Of a stretch of 11,093 bases of DNA, positions 5,659-11,093 are shown one piece after another. The translations under genes and the position numbers were made by a program. The notes below the pieces were generated by a model. That model saw only the letters and a list, made by a program, of their open reading frames with translations, ran no database searches and was not told where the DNA came from. This DNA comes from an archaeon (GTDB lineage: Archaea; Iainarchaeota; Iainarchaeia; Iainarchaeales; JAAZKV01). How positions within the stretch are numbered: position 1 is the stretch's first letter; each line of letters opens with the position of its first letter. Location of the stretch: assembly GCA_036170245.1 (NCBI GenBank), contig JAVHOV010000023.1, positions 1-11,093 of the forward strand. Reading direction: 5' to 3'.

Positions 5659-6897
5659 ATGTTAGAAAAGAATGAAATACCAACGCACTATTACAATGTG
5701 CTTGCGGATCTACCTTTTGAATTTCCGGCACCACAAGGAGATTTGGCAATTTTAGGAAAAATATTTCCTAGCGAAATATTACAACAAGAAATGAGTTCTG
5801 AAAGATATATCAAGATCCCTCATGAAGTAAGAGAAATTTATGCAAAAATTGGAAGAGCAACTCCACTACAAAGAGCAGATAATTTAGAAAAAGCTTTAGG
5901 GACAAATTGCAAAATATTTTTCAAAAGAGAAGACACAACTTTGCAAAGAAGTCACAAAATCAATACTGCACTCGCACAAGCTTATTATATCAAAAAGGCA
6001 GGATTCAAAAATGTTACAACAGAAACAGGAGCAGGCCAGTGGGGTAGTGCATTATCTCTTGCATGCAAATTATTTGATTTGAATTGCACAGTGTACCAAG
6101 TGAAGTGCAGTTATGACCAAAAACCTGCAAGAAGAACAATAATGAAATTATATGGGGCAAAAGTAATTGCTAGTCCCAGCGACACTACAAAAATTGGGAG
6201 GGAAATGCAAAAAAAGTTTCCAAACACTCCAGGGAGTTTAGGGATGGCTATTGCTGAAGCTGTTGAAATTGCAAAAGAAAATGAAGATACTGTATACAGT
6301 TTAGGAAGTGTGCTCAATCACGTTTTGATGCACCAAACTGTAATCGGACAAGAAACAAAAAAGCAACTGGAGAAGATTGGTGAAAGCGCTGATATAGTAA
6401 TTGGGTGCGTTGGAGGAGGAAGTAACTTTGGAGGAATCGCTCTGCCCTTTATTCCTGACAAATTGAATGGAAAAGAAATAGAATTAATTGGAGTGGAACC
6501 AAAAGAAGTTCCAAGCATGACAAAGGGAGAATACAAGTATGATTATGGAGATACGGGAAAACAAACTCCACTTTTGAAAATGCATACTCTGGGTTGCGAA
6601 TTTGTTCCAGAAGCAATTTACGCAGGCGGATTAAGATATCATGGAGTTGCTCCAATAATTTCAGCACTAATTGATCACAACTTAGTGAAAGCAGAGAGCT
6701 ACTCTCAAGAAGAGTGCTTTTTGGCAGCAAAATTATTTGCTGAAACAGAAGGAATAATTGCAGCACCCGAATCAAGTCACGCCCTAAAGAGTGCAATTGA
6801 ACATGCCAAGAAAAATGACGGCAAAACAATTGTATTCAATTTAAGCGGAAACGGAATACTGGACTTGGCTGCATACGAAAAAGTGCTTGGACTGTAA
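5659..6897 (+). CDS. trpB2: Tryptophan synthase beta chain, type 2 (TrpB2 / TrpB-like PLP enzyme)
   Basis: IPTHYYNVLADLP N-terminus, PLP-lysine motif SHKINTA, TTETGAGQWG, GSLGMAIAEA, YSLGSVLNHV, CVGGGSN, YAGGLRYHG and APESSHA are all characteristic of TrpB2. Confidence 0.95.
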   Translation: MLEKNEIPTHYYNVLADLPFEFPAPQGDLAILGKIFPSEILQQEMSSERYIKIPHEVREIYAKIGRATPLQRADNLEKALGTNCKIFFKREDTTLQRSHKINTALAQAYYIKKAGFKNVTTETGAGQWGSALSLACKLFDLNCTVYQVKCSYDQKPARRTIMKLYGAKVIASPSDTTKIGREMQKKFPNTPGSLGMAIAEAVEIAKENEDTVYSLGSVLNHVLMHQTVIGQETKKQLEKIGESADIVIGCVGGGSNFGGIALPFIPDKLNGKEIELIGVEPKEVPSMTKGEYKYDYGDTGKQTPLLKMHTLGCEFVPEAIYAGGLRYHGVAPIISALIDHNLVKAESYSQEECFLAAKLFAETEGIIAAPESSHALKSAIEHAKKNDGKTIVFNLSGNGILDLAAYEKVLGL

Positions 6898-6906
6898 ATA
6901 CAGTCC
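6889..6906. repeat. Perfect inverted repeat spanning the trpB2 stop codon
   Basis: GGACTGTA-AA-TACAGTCC, 8-bp arms. Confidence 0.7.
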
Positions 6907-6971
6907 GGCACATGAATCAAGAATAATTAAAAACACTAAAGTGAATGATATGTATGAGAGAAAGTGAAAAA

Positions 6972-8078
6972 ATGACTGAAAAAATAATCATTGACCCGTG
7001 GGGAAAAGAACTCGTTGAAGATTACACTAGATTGATTAAGGAATTCGGAATGAAAGAGTTTGATGCAAGCATGTTTCCTAATCCAAATTTACAAATGAGA
7101 AGAGGAATAAATTTTGGAGGAACTGATCTTGAACAAATTTCTACTGCAATCCAAAACAAAAAACCATTTTATGCACTAAGTGGAATAATGCCTTCAAGCG
7201 AAAAAATACATTTAGGAACTGAAACTGTAATTCAAAATATAAAATACTTTCAGGATCATGGAGCAAGAACTTACGTTTTAATTGCTGATGTAGAATCCCA
7301 AGCAACAAGAGGAGTTCCAATTGAAGAAGGAAAAAAAAGAGCAATGGAATTTCACATCCCTGCATACTTAGCACTTGGACTTGATATTGAAAAAACAAAT
7401 TTTTATTTACAAAGCGAAAATAAAAAAGTATCAAACCTTGCAGTAATTGCCTCACAAAAAGTAACTGAAAATGAATTTAGGGCAATATATGGATCACTTC
7501 ATCCTTCGAAAGTAATGAGTGCATTTACTCAAATGGGAGATATACTCTACCCACAGCTTGAAGAAAAAATGCCGGGAGTAATTCCTGTAGGAATTGACCA
7601 AGCACCGCACATTAGAATGGTAAGGGACGTTGCACGAAGACTAAAAGCTGATTACTCCTTCTTCCTACCTAGCGCATTATACAACAAATACACTAGCGCA
7701 CTTGATGGTTCATTTAAGATGAGCAAAAGCGGGGAAGAGAATGCAAAAATAGAAATCCCTGAAAAAGATCTCAAGCTCTTAGAGAAAAAAATAAACAAAG
7801 CCCTAACAGGCGGAAGACCAACTAGAGAAGAACAAAGAGCAAAAGGCGGAGAAATATCAAAATGCGTTGTTTACGAATACTGCAAAAATCACTTCATCAA
7901 AGACGATAAAGAATTAAAGGAAATGTTTGAAGGATGCGTCGGAGGAAAGAATTTGTGTGGGGAATGCAAAGCAAAATACGGAGTTCCTTTTGCAACTAAG
8001 TTCTATGAAGATTTCAACATTAATTTCTCAAAAGCAAAAAAACAAATACAAAACGGAAAAGTAAAGTTTGTTGAATGA
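6972..8078 (+). CDS. trpS: Tryptophan--tRNA ligase, archaeal type
   Basis: IDPWG...DYTRLIKEFG N-terminus, HIGH-like HLGT, DILYPQL, IPVGIDQAPH, KMSKS, ALTGGR, C-terminal CGECK. ATG 6972 chosen as start; the track starts at 6945. Confidence 0.95.
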   Translation: MTEKIIIDPWGKELVEDYTRLIKEFGMKEFDASMFPNPNLQMRRGINFGGTDLEQISTAIQNKKPFYALSGIMPSSEKIHLGTETVIQNIKYFQDHGARTYVLIADVESQATRGVPIEEGKKRAMEFHIPAYLALGLDIEKTNFYLQSENKKVSNLAVIASQKVTENEFRAIYGSLHPSKVMSAFTQMGDILYPQLEEKMPGVIPVGIDQAPHIRMVRDVARRLKADYSFFLPSALYNKYTSALDGSFKMSKSGEENAKIEIPEKDLKLLEKKINKALTGGRPTREEQRAKGGEISKCVVYEYCKNHFIKDDKELKEMFEGCVGGKNLCGECKAKYGVPFATKFYEDFNINFSKAKKQIQNGKVKFVE

Positions 8079-8088
8079 AGGGAAAAAT

Positions 8089-8814
8089 ATGAGTAAAAAC
8101 AGAACACATAATCCAAATAGAGTTCCTCAAAAATTTTATGAAAAAACAACTTTAAATCCAAAAAGAGAAGTGATGCAAGAACAAGTCAAAATACTAAGAA
8201 TTGTTGACTCCATAATGCCAATACAAGCAAAAACTGTAAGCGACGCAAAAACAGGGATAGATTATGTTTTCTTCAACACAAGTATTGACAGAAAATTCGG
8301 ATTCTACAATAATGGAGAAGACTCAATAAAGGTAAGAATGAAAGATGGACAATTAGTCAATAGTTCTGATTACACTTTAGTAATGCATAAAGACAGAATA
8401 GAAATCTTGCCAACACAAAGAATCCGAGACTATGTAAGAAAACATCCTAAAAAAATACAGTTTGATCCAAAATTGCCCCAAAGAAAAGGCAGAGGCGGAC
8501 AAGTAATGTTTGATCAAGCAAGAGTAACTCTAAGCGATGTATACAAACAGGAAAAATGTATTCCTGCAACTGTTACAATCCCCTTATTAAAAATAGCAAG
8601 AGGAGAAGCTAAATTAAAAATGAGAGAGGCTGCCAAATTACAAGAACTTATGAATAGAGCCTTAACTAGAATAAGATTACTAAATGGAATAGCCCAAATA
8701 AAACTTAATAAGTCTAAAAAACACTTTTATGAACAATTCTTAAAAAGAAAAAAAGCTACGATAATAAAACCAACTAAAAAAATCATAAAGCGAAAAATAT
8801 TAAACCAGCGATGA
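8089..8814 (+). CDS. Hypothetical protein with PD-(D/E)xK-like motif, paralog A
   Basis: ATG 8089 after purine-rich GAAGGG. Motif D-x3-GIDY-x5-SIDRK; very basic C-terminus; clear similarity to the next gene. Confidence 0.7.
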   Translation: MSKNRTHNPNRVPQKFYEKTTLNPKREVMQEQVKILRIVDSIMPIQAKTVSDAKTGIDYVFFNTSIDRKFGFYNNGEDSIKVRMKDGQLVNSSDYTLVMHKDRIEILPTQRIRDYVRKHPKKIQFDPKLPQRKGRGGQVMFDQARVTLSDVYKQEKCIPATVTIPLLKIARGEAKLKMREAAKLQELMNRALTRIRLLNGIAQIKLNKSKKHFYEQFLKRKKATIIKPTKKIIKRKILNQR

Positions 8815-8860
8815 TGCGCTAGAGAAATAATTATAAACTAAGAAGCTATTCTATAGGTCG

Positions 8861-9532
8861 GTGAAATCAATAAGTGGTTTAGATTTTACTTGCCTATTGC
8901 CAAACGAAACAGAAACTGAGAAAATACCACGCAAAAAATCTTATCTTTTCAAATACAACCAGCAAAAAATAAACCCTAATTGTTTAAAACAAAATCAAAT
9001 GAGAAAAGAATTGCTCAATTTTATTCCAAAAGAAATGTCTTCTGTCAAAGACAGCGAATTTGGGATTGATTACTACTACAAAGGAATTTCAATTGACCAA
9101 AAATTCTGCTTTGGGGAACTCGGAAAAGACACAATAAAAATAAGAGTAAGAAGAAAGGAGCTATTGAACAAATCAGATTGGACAATGATGATTAATGAAA
9201 ACAGAGAAATAATATTTTTCAAGACAAAGAAACTGAAAACATTTGTAAAACGCAACTGGAGCCTTGTACAAAAGAACTTTGTTGAACAAAAAAGAGCTTA
9301 CTCAGAGCATTACGTCAGAATAAAGGATTTTTGCAGGATAGAACAAGTTGAACTAATAAAAGGAAAAATGGAAACTGATTTTTTTATTGACACAATGAAC
9401 AAAATAGTTCATGAAAATGAAAGTGAAATGATTGAGGAAACTATTCAAACTAACAAAACCATTGTTAATTACACAAAAAGAATATGCTTTGAGCCACAAT
9501 TAGTAAAAATTTTCCAGCAGATTTTTGTCTAA
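8861..9532 (+). CDS. Hypothetical protein with PD-(D/E)xK-like motif, paralog B
   Basis: GTG 8861 with TATA-like TTATAAA at 8831. Motif D-x3-GIDY-x5-SIDQK. The true start may be further downstream. Confidence 0.7.
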   Translation: MKSISGLDFTCLLPNETETEKIPRKKSYLFKYNQQKINPNCLKQNQMRKELLNFIPKEMSSVKDSEFGIDYYYKGISIDQKFCFGELGKDTIKIRVRRKELLNKSDWTMMINENREIIFFKTKKLKTFVKRNWSLVQKNFVEQKRAYSEHYVRIKDFCRIEQVELIKGKMETDFFIDTMNKIVHENESEMIEETIQTNKTIVNYTKRICFEPQLVKIFQQIFV

Positions 9533-9569
9533 AGCAAAAGTTAAAGAAATAATAAAATCCCATTATATT

Positions 9570-10076
9570 ATGCAAGAAAATATAAAATTAAGGCTGATAG
9601 AAGAAAGTGATACTGATTTCTTCTTTGAACTAATGCAAAACAAAGAATACCAAAAACACTATCTTGAAAGATTAATCCCTAAAAACTATAATGAAGCTAA
9701 AAATGAAGTTAAGAAATATGTCAAAGACAGGGAAAACAATTTTGCTTACTATTTTATCATAGAAAGAGGAAATACAAAAATAGGTGTACTTGACATTTAC
9801 AAAATAATGCAAAAAGATAAACGAGGCTCAATTGGATATGGGATCAAAAAAGAATACTGGAATAAAGGATATGCCAGCAAAGCCTGCAAACTAGGATTAA
9901 AATTTATCAAAACAAAATTAAAACTCCACTCAGTAGAAGCGACTAGTGAACCGGATAATATTGGAAGCTGCAAAGTCTTAGAAAAAAATGGATTTAAACG
10001 AATTGGAATTATTAAGGATTATTACTTTGACAAAGGAAAATTTGTTGACAGAGTATTATACTGGAAAATACTCTAA
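9570..10076 (+). CDS. GNAT N-acetyltransferase, RimJ/RimL-like
   Basis: IKLRLIEESD, IGYGIKKEYWNKGYASKA (acetyl-CoA motif A) and NIGSCKVLEKNGF. ATG 9570 chosen as start. Confidence 0.92.
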   Translation: MQENIKLRLIEESDTDFFFELMQNKEYQKHYLERLIPKNYNEAKNEVKKYVKDRENNFAYYFIIERGNTKIGVLDIYKIMQKDKRGSIGYGIKKEYWNKGYASKACKLGLKFIKTKLKLHSVEATSEPDNIGSCKVLEKNGFKRIGIIKDYYFDKGKFVDRVLYWKIL

Positions 10077-10110
10077 ATTACAAAAACCCTGTCATGCCAC
10101 AAGGAATGGA

Positions 10111-10118
10111 TTTAAATA
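10111..10118 (+). promoter_or_regulatory. Putative TATA box for the HTH-V4R operon
   Basis: TTTAAATA 33 nt upstream of ATG 10144, preceded by purine-rich AAGGAATGGA (BRE-like). Confidence 0.5.
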
Positions 10119-10143
10119 TCATTAAATTCATTGTTCTAGCATA

Positions 10144-10503
10144 ATGAAACAAATTAAACCTGTCTTGCCAGAAATACTTAAATTAAGTGAAATTGAGAAA
10201 AAAATATATTTAACTATTCTTGAAAAATGGCCTACTACCGCAGTTGAAATTGCTTCAAACCTAAATGAAGATGTAACAAACAGAGAATCACAGAAAAGAG
10301 CAAGTACAAAATATACTTATTATTTGAAAAAATTAGTTGAACGAAAATTAATTGTCTCAAAAAAATCCGGAAATACCTTAATTGTCTGGCCGCTTTTGGT
10401 TGAAAAATACAGAACAATTCATGATATTTTAAAACAGCAAGAACCAGAGCATTTGAGTGCAATAGTGGAAGATGCTTTACGAGGAGGGAGAAACAATGCT
10501 TAA
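10144..10503 (+). CDS. TrmB-like winged-HTH transcriptional regulator, DNA-binding domain only
   Basis: LKLSEIEKKIYLTILEKWPTTAVEIA...YYLKKLVERKLI matches the TrmB N-terminal wHTH pattern. Confidence 0.8.
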   Translation: MKQIKPVLPEILKLSEIEKKIYLTILEKWPTTAVEIASNLNEDVTNRESQKRASTKYTYYLKKLVERKLIVSKKSGNTLIVWPLLVEKYRTIHDILKQQEPEHLSAIVEDALRGGRNNA

Positions 10504-11059
10504 CAGTTTCTTTGATAAATTCATTTTCACAAGCACACTAAAATATAACCATGCAAACTTTTACTTACTTGACATACCCTTTCTGATTACTCCGGTTGAA
10601 ACTCTGATTGGATTATGTGCAGTACAGGACATTGAATTTCAAAAAAAGATTTACGAGTCAGTGAAAAAAAGCACTGCAGAGAATTTAATGAAAGAATTTG
10701 GAACAAACTTTGGAGGAGAAAAGAAAAAACAAATAGACCTTGTTGAAACTTTCTTTTCAGCATCAGGATGGGGACAAATTCAGGCAATTGATTTACAACC
10801 GGAAACAAAAAGAGCCATAATTGTTTTAGATAATTCCCCTTTTGTCTCAAAATTAAAAGGAAAAACACAACTTAGTGCAGATGTATTTTTGAGAGGAACA
10901 CTTGCAGGAATGTTTTCTAAAATATTTGAAGATAATATTGATTGTGTTGAAGCAGAGTGCGCTGCACTTAGTGGAGAAAAATGTAAATTTATAATCAAGC
11001 CAAAAACAGAGTTTGATTTTGCAAATAAAATAGTGCAAGATCAATTAAGCCATGAATAA
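10496..11059 (+). CDS. Stand-alone V4R (4-vinyl reductase) domain ligand-binding protein
   Basis: Strong SD GGAGGGAG before ATG 10496, overlapping the HTH stop. SASGWG, NSPF, FLRGTLAGMFS and VEAECAALSGEKCKF (E-x2-C-x7-C) are V4R hallmarks. Confidence 0.88.
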   Translation: MLNSFFDKFIFTSTLKYNHANFYLLDIPFLITPVETLIGLCAVQDIEFQKKIYESVKKSTAENLMKEFGTNFGGEKKKQIDLVETFFSASGWGQIQAIDLQPETKRAIIVLDNSPFVSKLKGKTQLSADVFLRGTLAGMFSKIFEDNIDCVEAECAALSGEKCKFIIKPKTEFDFANKIVQDQLSHE

Positions 11060-11093
11060 AATAAAAAAATTAAAAAAAAAGAAAAGAAACCAA

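Noticed and set aside
5552..5749. 65-aa minus-strand ORF
   Set aside because: Antisense to trpB2 and the tRNA-like element, with no recognisable motif.
6111..7455. Minus-strand ORFs inside trpB2 and trpS
   Set aside because: Antisense shadows with no independent coding signal.
10235..11044. Minus-strand ORFs inside the HTH and V4R genes
   Set aside because: Antisense shadows of supported genes.
11057..11093. A-rich tract as a terminator
   Set aside because: It would be an oligo-T terminator only for a minus-strand gene outside the window, which cannot be confirmed here.
1..11093. CRISPR array, transposase, integrase or rRNA
   Set aside because: No regularly spaced repeats, terminal inverted repeats, recombinase motifs or rRNA-like sequence were seen.

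Overview
AT-rich window of an archaeal chromosome. The archaeal call rests on an archaeal-type TrpRS, a stand-alone KaiC-like ATPase, TrmB-like and V4R proteins, and TATA-like boxes about 30 nt before start codons; a DPANN-type host is plausible but cannot be shown here. Gene order: partial membrane protein (-), KaiC-like ATPase (-), AbrB/MazE-MazF toxin-antitoxin pair (+), convergent DUF6516/DUF7718-like plus wHTH pair (-), class II lysS (-), basic hypothetical (+), a ~390-nt structured leader, trpB2 and trpS (+), two tandem paralogous PD-(D/E)xK-like proteins (+), a RimJ/RimL GNAT (+), TrmB-like HTH and V4R (+). The most striking element is the leader before trpB2-trpS (5266-5658). It holds a 73-nt tRNA-like cloverleaf that keeps the core tertiary-contact bases, with a compensatory A19:U56 pair, but has a non-canonical poly-U anticodon arm. 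It also holds several short ORFs with one Trp codon each and mutually exclusive hairpins that bury those codons. Together these suggest a possibly undescribed archaeal Trp-responsive RNA switch (inference, not demonstrated).
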